Shown one piece after another: positions 9,108-18,727 of a stretch of 30,738 nt of DNA. The position numbers and the translations under genes were made by a program. Origin of the DNA: Promethearchaeota archaeon (GTDB lineage: Archaea; Asgardarchaeota; Thorarchaeia; Thorarchaeales; Thorarchaeaceae); NCBI GenBank assembly GCA_014728035.1, contig WJMJ01000125.1:1-30738 (forward strand), read 5' to 3'. Position 1 is the first letter of the stretch. The number at the start of each line of letters is the position of its first letter. The notes under the pieces were generated by a model that was given only the letters and a program-made list of their open reading frames with translations, made no database searches and was not told the DNA's origin.

Positions 9108-11612
9108 TTGGCGGAACAATCACGAATCGAACCGTTACCATCAAGTGTCCTAACATTCGCATATGAATTTGTTAGTAGAATGAGAAAACGAGATGATGTA
9201 CGAGTCAAACCGAGTGTCCGTCAAACACAATCGATTCCACAACTTGTTTCTGCCAAATTTTTCAGAAAAGGGAAGCTATCCCTTGATGACTTAGTTAACG
9301 CAGCAGTTTTTACAACATTTCCAATTGACCAAGAGATTGCAAGAGAGGTAGCAGAAGATATTCTTTTGGGGAAAAAGGATGAAATAGATATCGAGAAGAA
9401 GACAGAGAAGGAAAAACCGGGAGTATCAAAAAGTACTCATTTGGAAAGTGTAATTGATCAGATTCGAAGAGAACAGGAATTAGCAAAAACTATCCAGAAA
9501 GATAAGGTGCGTGAAGGGTACGAATATCTCATGGATATTCGAAAACACGAAGATAGATCGTTATATGACATGGCTCTAGAGTACTTGAATGATGGAGACA
9601 TTGTCTTACGAGGGATTTCTTCGGATGATATGTTAAGTGATGAAATTCGTTCGGAGATCAGCAAACGTATTGGAAACCTATCTCCAGAAGATATCCAAAA
9701 CGCTTCCGTATTAGATTATCTTGAAGAAATACTACTGAGTCAACGAGCTAATGAACGTCTTTCAGCACAGGCTCTTAGCGAAGATCAAGGATTTGACCAA
9801 GATTTTACAGAATTGCTTCGACATGATAGAGCAACTGGAGCAAAGACCCTAAGATTTCTCACAACAATGCAAGCATTCGACTCGCACAAACTAGAAGCAT
9901 TAGACATTGAGCTTCAGCAATCTTTAGAAAACTTGACTGAAGTTGCAGACTATTCTAAAGAAGTCGGAAAAACTCCAGAAGATATCGAGAAATTTGTAGA
10001 AGATGCACCACTGAAGTATCGATATGATGTGGCAATGGGTCTTGCAGAAAGTATCAAGAAGCAGAGCGGTGAAGATATCCGAGAAAGACTGACTGAAGCA
10101 TATAGGGACCAGTTTGACACTGGTGCTCGTGAAAATGTTGACCTACCACAACTTGCTGAGAAGGAAATCGATTCTCAAAGCTGGAAAGAGTTACTAGAAA
10201 AGCAAATAGATAGGATAATCGATGACTCAGATTGTCGGGCCTCGCCAGAACATCATCTACTGAAAGCTGCTGCTCAATCAAGTGATTTGAAAAAGGAAAT
10301 TGAATCTGCAGAAAATAAACGAGAATGGATGAAATCTATACAAAAGTTAGCAGATTCTAGTGTGGAGAGAGCTCAAACCAAAACAGAGTTACGTAATATT
10401 GTAAAGACTCTGAGAAGACACAATATAGAACCAACTCATGATATGATTCGTAAAACAGGTGAAAAACTTGGAATGTCAGAGGCAGAAATCCTCGAATTAC
10501 TAAATCCATCTTTTGAAGTAATTAAGAAATTAATCAATGAAGGATTGCAAGACTTCGATCGTCTTTATGGACTGATGTCTTCTGCTGGACTTACAAGCCA
10601 ACAGCTAAGAGAATTAGCTGATCTCGCGTATTCAAAAGGTAATCAATCAGCACTTGGAGCAGTGGCTCATGTTGACTTGAAAGCGGCTTTAGGGATGTCA
10701 GGAGGTAGAGGATATGGAAGTGGTGCTGGTGATGGGAGCAGTAGTGAACGGGAAGAAATGGTAGTTAGTGGTTTACATGGTGGTCCAGCAGCCAACATTG
10801 TAAAAATATGGTATACTTACCGAGACGAAATTCCTAGCGAACTGAAACAGAAATTGAAGAATATTGCTAAGAGATTATTGATTGACCTTGGACAGCGATT
10901 CTCACGGGCTACAATGGGTTCTTCAATGCTTGGTGGAATTCAGCAATCCACAACTGTTCGTCCTTTTAGAATTGGAGATGACATCGATCTCATTGAACTC
11001 GAAGAAACAATCGATTCTCTATTATCTCAAGGTCGAACAAATTTTGAAGTCCTAAATACCGAAGATTTTCTAATCTCAGAAACCTATCAAGGGCATCGAG
11101 CATATTTTTGGGCATTGGATAAATCCGGTTCAATGAATAGTCCAGATAAATTGGGTATGCTTGCGATTTCAGTGATGGCTGGGTTATACGGGGTCCAGAA
11201 AGACGATTTTGGTGTTGTTCTCTTTGATAACGTGACTCATGTTGTAAAACAAATACAGGATAGGTCCGTTTCTGTCGACAAAGTAGCGGCAGAACTATTA
11301 GATGTAAGAGCCTCTGGTGGGACGGGAGGACTCAACTCGATGAAAATGGCTCTGGATAATTTCACGCATACTAGGGCAAAAGAGAAAATATTCATCTTCA
11401 ACACGGACATGTATCTAAGTGATCAATCAGAGTGTGAAAAAGTAGCTGCAAAACTACATCAACAAGGAGTTAAAACCCTGATTCTCGTACCGGAAGTGGG
11501 AAGTAACATGTCAGCTGGTGATTCGCTGGCAAGAGCAGCTCATGGTGTAATCATTGCATTTGGTTCGATTGACGAACTTCCTGAAAAACTATTGAGGCTT
11601 ACTAACTACTAG
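9108..11612 (+). CDS. VWA-domain (MIDAS) partner of the MoxR ATPase, CoxE-like
   Basis: C-terminal VWA with DKSGS (DxSxS), GGT and NTD; long helical middle region; AAA-lid-like N-terminus. Confidence 0.85.
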   Translation: MAEQSRIEPLPSSVLTFAYEFVSRMRKRDDVRVKPSVRQTQSIPQLVSAKFFRKGKLSLDDLVNAAVFTTFPIDQEIAREVAEDILLGKKDEIDIEKKTEKEKPGVSKSTHLESVIDQIRREQELAKTIQKDKVREGYEYLMDIRKHEDRSLYDMALEYLNDGDIVLRGISSDDMLSDEIRSEISKRIGNLSPEDIQNASVLDYLEEILLSQRANERLSAQALSEDQGFDQDFTELLRHDRATGAKTLRFLTTMQAFDSHKLEALDIELQQSLENLTEVADYSKEVGKTPEDIEKFVEDAPLKYRYDVAMGLAESIKKQSGEDIRERLTEAYRDQFDTGARENVDLPQLAEKEIDSQSWKELLEKQIDRIIDDSDCRASPEHHLLKAAAQSSDLKKEIESAENKREWMKSIQKLADSSVERAQTKTELRNIVKTLRRHNIEPTHDMIRKTGEKLGMSEAEILELLNPSFEVIKKLINEGLQDFDRLYGLMSSAGLTSQQLRELADLAYSKGNQSALGAVAHVDLKAALGMSGGRGYGSGAGDGSSSEREEMVVSGLHGGPAANIVKIWYTYRDEIPSELKQKLKNIAKRLLIDLGQRFSRATMGSSMLGGIQQSTTVRPFRIGDDIDLIELEETIDSLLSQGRTNFEVLNTEDFLISETYQGHRAYFWALDKSGSMNSPDKLGMLAISVMAGLYGVQKDDFGVVLFDNVTHVVKQIQDRSVSVDKVAAELLDVRASGGTGGLNSMKMALDNFTHTRAKEKIFIFNTDMYLSDQSECEKVAAKLHQQGVKTLILVPEVGSNMSAGDSLARAAHGVIIAFGSIDELPEKLLRLTNY

Positions 11613-12360
11613 AATTATCTGAAACAAAACCCGTCCGATGGTCTAATGATTTTTCAGTGACTTCGGAAACCCACAATCTATACACACACGGATAATCTTT
11701 GAAACCGAGATTTAGATATCGTCTCCCAAATAGATAGAGCATAGCGCGCATGAATCTATAGAAAGGCTCTCCAGGAAAAATGACTTCAGCTATACAATTA
11801 AGTTGAAATCCAACATTTCGGGGTTGTTCTTTCCGGAACCAATGGAAGCTTAGAGTAACTCTACGGTCTCGAAGGATATTCTGATATGTTCTTCCTCCAT
11901 ACATCTCAACAACCCCCAAACGTAGTCGGTCTATCTTCTCTTCTTCTAGGAACAGATTCCTATACAGATCAATTCGTTCCTCCATGGATTCTTCAAAAGG
12001 CCGACTTACCACTGACAAAACGTCACCTTCGATTTTATCTATCCGTTTCTCTAGTTCTGAATCTGTTAGAGTCAGTCGTACTCGTTTTGCTGCACAGTTA
12101 ATGACAAAGGGAGATGTCTGAGAATAGGTACACAGGGTCGGTTTGTGTGCCATGGATTTGTAAATGTAAGAATAATCTGCAGTGTTTTCGTCATCAGAAG
12201 GTTCAGTGAGATTAAGAAGTTCTTTGTAGAGTGTATCAGGAATCGAATTTAGAGGATAAGAAGCGATGATTTTCTCAGATGCAAGCTCTATTCTTCTTCG
12301 TTCTCTGTCAATAAACTTGATTGTTGATTTCATATGTTTATTCAATGCAGCATACTCCAA
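11602..12360 (-). CDS. Putative pyridoxamine-5'-phosphate-oxidase-like (FMN-binding split-barrel) protein, paralog 2
   Basis: TYQNILRDRRVTLSF resembles the split-barrel 'NL..NPRVTL.F' motif; clear paralog of 12392..13108. Confidence 0.55.
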   Translation of the reverse strand: MEYAALNKHMKSTIKFIDRERRRIELASEKIIASYPLNSIPDTLYKELLNLTEPSDDENTADYSYIYKSMAHKPTLCTYSQTSPFVINCAAKRVRLTLTDSELEKRIDKIEGDVLSVVSRPFEESMEERIDLYRNLFLEEEKIDRLRLGVVEMYGGRTYQNILRDRRVTLSFHWFRKEQPRNVGFQLNCIAEVIFPGEPFYRFMRAMLYLFGRRYLNLGFKDYPCVYRLWVSEVTEKSLDHRTGFVSDNSSS

Positions 12361-12391
12361 ATTCGAACCTAGTTAGGAACTAATTTTGATT

Positions 12392-13108
12392 CTATTCAGT
12401 AAAACCCGTCTTATCTGTTAACGTTTTCTCTTTTGTTTCAGAAATCCATAGTTTATATGCACAAATATACTCAGGTTTTCCAAGTTCAAGAAAAGTTGTT
12501 GAAAATAAAGTTCTAAGGATACGCATGAATTTGTAGAAAGGATCACTGGGAGGCACTATCTCAGCAATGCAATTGATATGATAAGCAAGAAATTCTTCTG
12601 TTTGAGGTCTATACCAACTGAAACAAAGAGTAACTCTTGGATCGTCTAAGATATTCGAGTATGTATTTGCACCATACATCTCAACAGCTCCAAATCTAAC
12701 TGGGTCAATTTCACTATGAGTCAGAAATAGTTCGTGATAGAGTTGATGTCTTTCCGATTGTGTGGTAGAATAGGAACGTCCTTGAAATGATAAGAACTTT
12801 CCTTCGAGTTCCTCAAGCCTGTCCTGGATTACTTCATCGCGAAGTGTAATTCGAGCGATTTTAGGAGCAACATTAATTATGAAGGGATGGGATACATTTC
12901 TTGTGCAGACAATTGGTTTATGAAGCATATTTCCCTCGATTAGCTTCTGTGCATTTACTGACTCTTCATCACTAAATGAGATGTTTAATAAATCATTAAG
13001 TAAATCATTGGGAATCGGACTAAGTGGGAATGAATGTTTCACTTCGCCACGAGTAAGGATAATTTTTCTACCTTCTCTATCAATGAACTGAGTAGTCTTA
13101 TGTGTCAC
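12392..13108 (-). CDS. Putative pyridoxamine-5'-phosphate-oxidase-like (FMN-binding split-barrel) protein, paralog 1
   Basis: INVAPK and TYSNILDDPRVTLCF motifs; GTG start. Confidence 0.55.
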   Translation of the reverse strand: MTHKTTQFIDREGRKIILTRGEVKHSFPLSPIPNDLLNDLLNISFSDEESVNAQKLIEGNMLHKPIVCTRNVSHPFIINVAPKIARITLRDEVIQDRLEELEGKFLSFQGRSYSTTQSERHQLYHELFLTHSEIDPVRFGAVEMYGANTYSNILDDPRVTLCFSWYRPQTEEFLAYHINCIAEIVPPSDPFYKFMRILRTLFSTTFLELGKPEYICAYKLWISETKEKTLTDKTGFTE

Positions 13109-13217
13109 GAGAATATCCCTTTCCTATGCATTGATTGTGCATGCAGGCAAACCAAATAAGTAGCACGATATTATGATTTCTACAAGAAGTGTTCAAATCA
13201 GGTCAGAGGTATTAACA

Positions 13218-13490
13218 ATGGAAACTTTCGAAATTGACAGCGACGCTAAACTCATTGAAACGAAAGAAAAACATGTTAAATTGGATTCCACGAAAGTATT
13301 AGTCTTTGTGGATCACGACGAGAAAGTTGTTTACCTTTGGAGAGGCAAGAATGCAGGTCTCTTCAAGAGATTGATGGGAACACGGGTTGCAGCAAAACTA
13401 AGTCACAACTATCCGGATTATCGGATACGTCCAGTGGGTCAGGGGCATGAACCGATTGCATTTCTTCAATTACTAGGACTGAAAAAGTAA
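13218..13490 (+). CDS. Single-domain gelsolin-like protein (Asgard type)
   Basis: LDSTKVLVFVDH..VYLWRGKNA..VGQGHEPIAFLQLL matches the gelsolin repeat pattern. ATG at 13218 follows GAGGT (ORF track starts at 13173). Confidence 0.85.
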   Translation: METFEIDSDAKLIETKEKHVKLDSTKVLVFVDHDEKVVYLWRGKNAGLFKRLMGTRVAAKLSHNYPDYRIRPVGQGHEPIAFLQLLGLKK

Positions 13491-13538
13491 CCAATAACTA
13501 ATTACGTAATCAAATACAAGTACTACTGAGCTGATGAT

Positions 13539-13829
13539 ATGAAGGTTAGTAGACGTGCATATCTCGTTATGATAAACAATGTACGTCGAGGACTATTGAC
13601 TAGAACACAAATTCTTGACGCGCTAAGTGTCAGTGAATATAAGACCATTAGTGAAATATCTGAAGCAGTTCGAGTTACATCAAATACTATCCTTTACCAT
13701 TTGAAGAATATGGAACGTGAGAAAATAGTCAAGTACGATTCGGAAGGAAAAGGCTGGAAATTAATTAAACCAAATCAAATGCAACTCACTAAATTTATGA
13801 AAAGAAAGAGCCGAAGAAGCAATGACTAG
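13539..13829 (+). CDS. Winged helix-turn-helix protein (ArsR/TrmB-like) with C-terminal PIP-box-like motif
   Basis: TRTQILDAL..TISEISEAVRVTSNTILYHLKNMEREKIV; tail QMQLTKFM. Confidence 0.8.
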   Translation: MKVSRRAYLVMINNVRRGLLTRTQILDALSVSEYKTISEISEAVRVTSNTILYHLKNMEREKIVKYDSEGKGWKLIKPNQMQLTKFMKRKSRRSND

Positions 13830-14583
13830 AAGACCAAAGAAGGCAATTGTGAGAAAACCACCCCCCACATATCGTGATTGTATTTCCGATCACCCAGAGA
13901 GAAAAAACGTGGACTGGCAAATAGCAATTGCCCAACATGCAGCTTATTGTCAAACATTGATTGATTTAGGTCTAGACCTATACCAGCTACCTCAACTAGA
14001 TGAACATCCCGATTCGTGTTTTGTAGAAGATACGGCAATCGTGTATCAAAATAAAGCTCTGATTACAAGGTTAGCAAGGGCTACGAGAAGAGGGGAAGAA
14101 AAAGAAGTAGCTGATATTTTGCAGGAATCATTTGAAACTAAATATGTAAAAGAGCCAGCGACTATCGAGGGAGGAGATGTAATTCATCTATCAAACCATT
14201 TGATTGTTGGAAGAACACAAAGAACAGATAACAGAGGGATAAGTTATCTATCTGATTGGTTTGATGTAGATGTAACAATAATAGACAGTCCCAAGGTCAT
14301 TCATTTGAAAAGCCATGTTACTGCTCTATCAGATGATTTGCTTATTACAACAAAGGAATTTTCAGAGCATCCAGCATTTGATGAGTTCGACATAATACTA
14401 GTTCCTGACGACGAGAAGTATGCTGCTAACACTTTAGTAATAGGTCGTACTGTACTAATGCCAAAAGGTTATGAGAAAACTACTAGGCTAATTCAAGATC
14501 TTGGTTTCAGTATTATTCTACTTGATACGAGTGAATTTGAGAAATGTGAAGGAGCTTTAACGTGTCTCTCTATAATTTACTAA
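13822..14583 (+). CDS. ddaH: Dimethylarginine dimethylaminohydrolase (amidinotransferase superfamily)
   Basis: PDSCFVEDTA, RRGE, EGGD, HLKS, YAAN and GALTCLS supply the Asp-His-Cys triad. Confidence 0.9.
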   Translation: MTRRPKKAIVRKPPPTYRDCISDHPERKNVDWQIAIAQHAAYCQTLIDLGLDLYQLPQLDEHPDSCFVEDTAIVYQNKALITRLARATRRGEEKEVADILQESFETKYVKEPATIEGGDVIHLSNHLIVGRTQRTDNRGISYLSDWFDVDVTIIDSPKVIHLKSHVTALSDDLLITTKEFSEHPAFDEFDIILVPDDEKYAANTLVIGRTVLMPKGYEKTTRLIQDLGFSIILLDTSEFEKCEGALTCLSIIY

Positions 14584-14612
14584 TCCTGATTAGAAATATA
14601 TGAGAAATCCTT

Positions 14613-15548
14613 ATGACTAAAAATTATGACAGTACACTCATGCTAAGAGGCAGATATCGAAAACACAGTTTGTTGTCACTGATATTGATTATTATAATTA
14701 CTCTATCACTGTCCCTTCCTTTCATCAATTATATAGGATTTCTACGATTCCGGCCATTTGGGATAAACAATAGTGCATTTCAGATTGCATTTATTATAAT
14801 CATGATTGGTGTGAGCTCGATAATTGGAGGAATTCTGACATCTTATCTTCTCTCTCCTATGTATCTCTTCTTTCACAAGATTATCTTTGGATACAACAAA
14901 GAATTTGGAATAGTTGACAAACCCGTTCCAGAGAAATTCAGACCGTTGTCAATGGTTCTGTTTCCTGCATTGATGGCTATGAATTTCTCCCTGCTCTTCT
15001 CAACTAATTCCACTGTGATTCAAGTCGTAGTCCACTGGGATTACATCAACTCGCTGGGTGGATACAGTAACGAAGTATTTGCCATTCTATCCGTTATTAC
15101 ATTCATTAGTTTGTTGATATTAACTTCTGGAGCTGCTGTGGGTTTGTTCGCACCAGCTTGGACTCTCCAAGATGCAGGAATAGTATATGCTAACAAAGAC
15201 CGAGATTCTACTCACAATATTGAAGTAAGAAGTGTTGGTAGTTGGTATCAATGGGTCTTAAAAGGCTACTCTGGTATCTCAGTTATCTTGGCATTTATCG
15301 TATTCTTAACTGCAATATATTTCAATGCACCACAGGGCTCACTTATTGATGTTTACAGAACTGTACTGCCAATGCCACTTCTTTTGATGCTAATGACTCT
15401 ACCAACCGTTATCATTTTGGATAAAATACGAAGTCATAGAATTAGATTCATTCTCAGAGTAGCTAGAAAATTAGGAATACAAGATAGAGTCAGTGTTAAG
15501 TATGAGAAAATCAAGAAAACAACAGATATTGAAGAATCCAACATTTAG
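14613..15548 (+). CDS. Uncharacterised multi-pass membrane protein
   Basis: 311-aa ORF with about 6 hydrophobic helices. Confidence 0.7.
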   Translation: MTKNYDSTLMLRGRYRKHSLLSLILIIIITLSLSLPFINYIGFLRFRPFGINNSAFQIAFIIIMIGVSSIIGGILTSYLLSPMYLFFHKIIFGYNKEFGIVDKPVPEKFRPLSMVLFPALMAMNFSLLFSTNSTVIQVVVHWDYINSLGGYSNEVFAILSVITFISLLILTSGAAVGLFAPAWTLQDAGIVYANKDRDSTHNIEVRSVGSWYQWVLKGYSGISVILAFIVFLTAIYFNAPQGSLIDVYRTVLPMPLLLMLMTLPTVIILDKIRSHRIRFILRVARKLGIQDRVSVKYEKIKKTTDIEESNI

Positions 15549-16495
15549 AGGTCATGCAAACGATGTGCATTCTGCCAATATATTTTCTCAAGAACAGTAG
15601 TTGGTAAATCCAGACCATTGATGTAGGTACCACCTAGATGTACGGTATCTTTGTCTACGAATGGTAGGGGAGCATCCCTTACGTCAGTTTCAAATAACAT
15701 TCGCTCAGACCAGAATCGACCATCGTAGTAACTCTCATCCATAGTTCTAGCAACACAATCAATTCCAAAAAGAATTCTATCTTGATATTCTATTATTAAG
15801 TTACGAGACCTCTCAACATCCTTCCCTAACTCACGGACCATCCATCTTGCAGAACCAGTGTCAATATTCAAGTTAGGATAGGTTTCAAGCATTCTACTCA
15901 AGTTTTCTTGTCTGTGAATTTCTGGTTGCGCTAAAAAATGTGCAACTTGAAATGTGACCTCTGGACTTTTTCTTAGTCTGTTCTCAAATTCTTGGATATG
16001 GTCTTCTTTGGTTCCATAAACTCTCTCATCAGAATAACGTTGTGTAAAGTAGGTATCGGGGTCTCCAATATGGATCACTACAGGAATGTTTTCTTTTGCA
16101 AGAGTATCAAAAAAAATGTCAAATCGCTCGTCATCAACTGTTGGAACTAGGTCAATATCTAGACGGTCGCCCCAGAAAGGAGCGAAGTGCATCTTCGCCA
16201 TTCCATATCCATCCTCTCTCAGGGTATAAATTTCAGAAACAGTTTGGTCAAAATCATCCGAAAACAGAATCCATCCTGAAAAATATTTAGCATAAATAAA
16301 CCGATCAGGGTATTTCTTTTGATAGGCTGAAATATCAGATCCGTGAACTATCAACAATGATTGTTCAACATTATATCTATTTGCGATTTTAACATAGAGG
16401 TCCAAAGCTTGCTCATCAGCTACATGTGAATGTGCATCGAAAATTGGTCCTTGATATCTCAGTTCAGTCAGATTTACACACCGAGATAATTTCAA
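15545..16495 (-). CDS. Amidohydrolase family protein (Amidohydro_2-like TIM barrel)
   Basis: IFDAHSH, KMH, IHIGDP, VAH and ILFGID motifs. Start uncertain. Confidence 0.8.
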   Translation of the reverse strand: MKLSRCVNLTELRYQGPIFDAHSHVADEQALDLYVKIANRYNVEQSLLIVHGSDISAYQKKYPDRFIYAKYFSGWILFSDDFDQTVSEIYTLREDGYGMAKMHFAPFWGDRLDIDLVPTVDDERFDIFFDTLAKENIPVVIHIGDPDTYFTQRYSDERVYGTKEDHIQEFENRLRKSPEVTFQVAHFLAQPEIHRQENLSRMLETYPNLNIDTGSARWMVRELGKDVERSRNLIIEYQDRILFGIDCVARTMDESYYDGRFWSERMLFETDVRDAPLPFVDKDTVHLGGTYINGLDLPTTVLEKIYWQNAHRLHDL

Positions 16496-16615
16496 AAAGA
16501 ACTACTGAAAACTCTGTCCGTTTTGGTAATTTTTTTACGAAAAATAAAAACGAAGCACTTTTCAAGGATAACTTTCACTATAAATAAAACCAGTTTGGTT
16601 TTGGAGAAAAAGATA

Positions 16616-17314
16616 ATGACACGCATGCTTCAAATTTTGGTAGCCATTAGCCTTGTTTCAATGCTTATGGTGACAAATGTAGCCGCAGCAACTTCTCAAG
16701 GTTTAGAGTGGGGCGTTGCCGAGGATGATAAATTCAACTATACCCTTACGATAGAAAGTGAGAACGATACAATATCTGATGGTGTATATTTTGAAATTAC
16801 TTCACTTTCCACCATTCCAAATACTATGGATAACTTTACTGATATACCAATAACGAGCTCCACTTGGTATTGGACCGCCAATGACACAGCACTCAGCTTC
16901 TGGAGTTTATTCTTGATCATTCTTCCTACAGCGATTGTGGGTGGATATAATGTCGTTCCTATTGGAAATTATGACTTGCTAACCACATTACACTCTGACT
17001 TTATTGGTGCAGAGGAAGAACTTGAAAACGTAACTGTTACCTATATCAATAATTACCATTACTGGGGTGTTTCTGCAACATGGGATGATGAGGACATTAC
17101 TATGACTTTGGAAACAACCTTTCTCAAATCAGATGGCGCACTTGCTACCGCTAGTATGTCAGGAGAACTTGAAGATGAAACAGTTTCATTATCACTTACA
17201 AGGTTAGACCTTCCATCTGAAATTGAAACCCTGATCATGAGTAATATACTCTACATCGGAATCGGAGTTGGAGTAGTTATTATTCTAGGTGCAGTTGTTT
17301 GTAAGAAGAATTAA
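16616..17314 (+). CDS. Exported acidic protein with C-terminal membrane anchor
   Basis: Signal peptide MTRMLQILVAISLVSMLMVTNVAA; several N-x-S/T sequons; TM helix plus KKN tail. Start moved from 16523 to ATG 16616. Confidence 0.75.
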   Translation: MTRMLQILVAISLVSMLMVTNVAAATSQGLEWGVAEDDKFNYTLTIESENDTISDGVYFEITSLSTIPNTMDNFTDIPITSSTWYWTANDTALSFWSLFLIILPTAIVGGYNVVPIGNYDLLTTLHSDFIGAEEELENVTVTYINNYHYWGVSATWDDEDITMTLETTFLKSDGALATASMSGELEDETVSLSLTRLDLPSEIETLIMSNILYIGIGVGVVIILGAVVCKKN

Positions 17315-17321
17315 TAGAATT

Positions 17322-17337
17322 AGGGGCAAAAGCCCCT
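17322..17337 (+). terminator. GC hairpin followed by T-rich tract between convergent genes
   Basis: AGGGGC-AAAA-GCCCCT followed by TCTCTTATTTTT. Confidence 0.6.
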
Positions 17338-17341
17338 TCTC

Positions 17342-18670
17342 TTATTTTTCATCCAATCTTTTCCACAGTTCTTTTGCTGACTGTTTTGAAATATCAGCTA
17401 CTTCTTGGTCCGAAATTCTTGTTATTTTCCTATCCTTCAACACTAATTCACCATCTATCATAACATCTCTTACATCACGTCCACTAAATGTGTTAACAAG
17501 ATGGCCAATCACAGAGGATGAGTTGACAGGGGTCGGAGATCGTGATGCATCAATAATTACAATGTCAGCTAGTTTCCCAACTTCGAGCGACCCAATCCTA
17601 TCTTCCAACCCATAACACTTTGCTCCCTCCAACGTTGCCATTTTAAAAACTGTATCTGGTTGCATTGCACTAGGATTCCGATATTCAAGACGATGCACAG
17701 TAAGAGCACAACGAATATTCTCAAAGGGGTCAAATATCCACCCATCATTTCCAAGCCCGACATTAATTCCCATTTTAAGCATTTTCAAGATGGGGGCGGT
17801 ACCAACAGCATTTAGCATATTGCTCATCGGATTATGAGCTACAGAAGTTCTTGTTTTCGCAATGAGCTCTAACTCGTTATCATTCACATGTACACAATGA
17901 GCAAGGATCGTATTTGATCCAAGTAAGCCCAACCTATCTAACCGTTCAACAGTTCGTTCTCCCCATCTTTCCAAATTGTGATAAAGGTCAACTAAGCCTT
18001 CTGATGTATGAATCGTTAGTGGCATACCTAGTTTCTTTGCTTCTGTTGCTGCTTTTACAACCAATTCGTCTTCAACAGTAAATGAAGCATGAAGACTCAT
18101 CATAGCTGATGTTAGTCCCGATAAGTCGTTACAGCGTTTTGCAAATTGGATATTCTCTTTGAGACCTCTTTCAGCTTCACCGGGATTGTTTCGTTCCGTC
18201 ATTTCAAATGCTAACAAAGACCTAATACCAATTTTCTCTGTTGACTTAGCAATAGCGTCTAAACTACCTTCAATGGAATTTGGTCCAGAATATGTATCAG
18301 CAAAGAAGGTAGATCCATTTCGAATCATATCTGCTGAAGCGGATAATGCACTTGCTTCAGCATCTTTGACTGTCAGCGCTTCATCCACAGGCCACCATAC
18401 TCGCTGCAACACTTGTGCAAAATCAGTTGGTGGTTCTATATTCAGGGTAGCCCCTCTCAACAGAATTCCATAAAGATGTGTATGAGCTGTGATAAGGCCA
18501 GGAATCGCGATACAACCTGATGCATCAATTATCAGGTCTGGTTTTTTCGATACCTCTCCAATCGCCGCAATTTTATTTCCTTCGATGAGAATCGATGCAT
18601 TTTCATGAATCTTATTCTGCTCATCAGCTGTTACAATCAAAGCATTCTTGATAAGTGTGCTTTCTGTCAT
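17342..18670 (-). CDS. Metal-dependent amidohydrolase, SsnA/MtaD (nucleoside/base deaminase)-like
   Basis: PGLITAHTHL, HASFT, IHTSEG, LAHCVH, HNPMSN, GLGNDG and GSLEVGKLAD. Substrate not determinable from sequence. Confidence 0.85.
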   Translation of the reverse strand: MTESTLIKNALIVTADEQNKIHENASILIEGNKIAAIGEVSKKPDLIIDASGCIAIPGLITAHTHLYGILLRGATLNIEPPTDFAQVLQRVWWPVDEALTVKDAEASALSASADMIRNGSTFFADTYSGPNSIEGSLDAIAKSTEKIGIRSLLAFEMTERNNPGEAERGLKENIQFAKRCNDLSGLTSAMMSLHASFTVEDELVVKAATEAKKLGMPLTIHTSEGLVDLYHNLERWGERTVERLDRLGLLGSNTILAHCVHVNDNELELIAKTRTSVAHNPMSNMLNAVGTAPILKMLKMGINVGLGNDGWIFDPFENIRCALTVHRLEYRNPSAMQPDTVFKMATLEGAKCYGLEDRIGSLEVGKLADIVIIDASRSPTPVNSSSVIGHLVNTFSGRDVRDVMIDGELVLKDRKITRISDQEVADISKQSAKELWKRLDEK

Positions 18671-18727
18671 TTGAGAGGCCTCAAGAAAAATAAGATGACA
18701 TGCTCTCAGATTAGTGTTTGCACTAAA

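Noticed and set aside
337-13510. TTACGTAA palindrome before the TPR gene (337) and the wHTH gene (13502) as a shared operator
   Set aside because: AT-rich 8-mer that also occurs inside the VWA CDS (10389); too weak to call.
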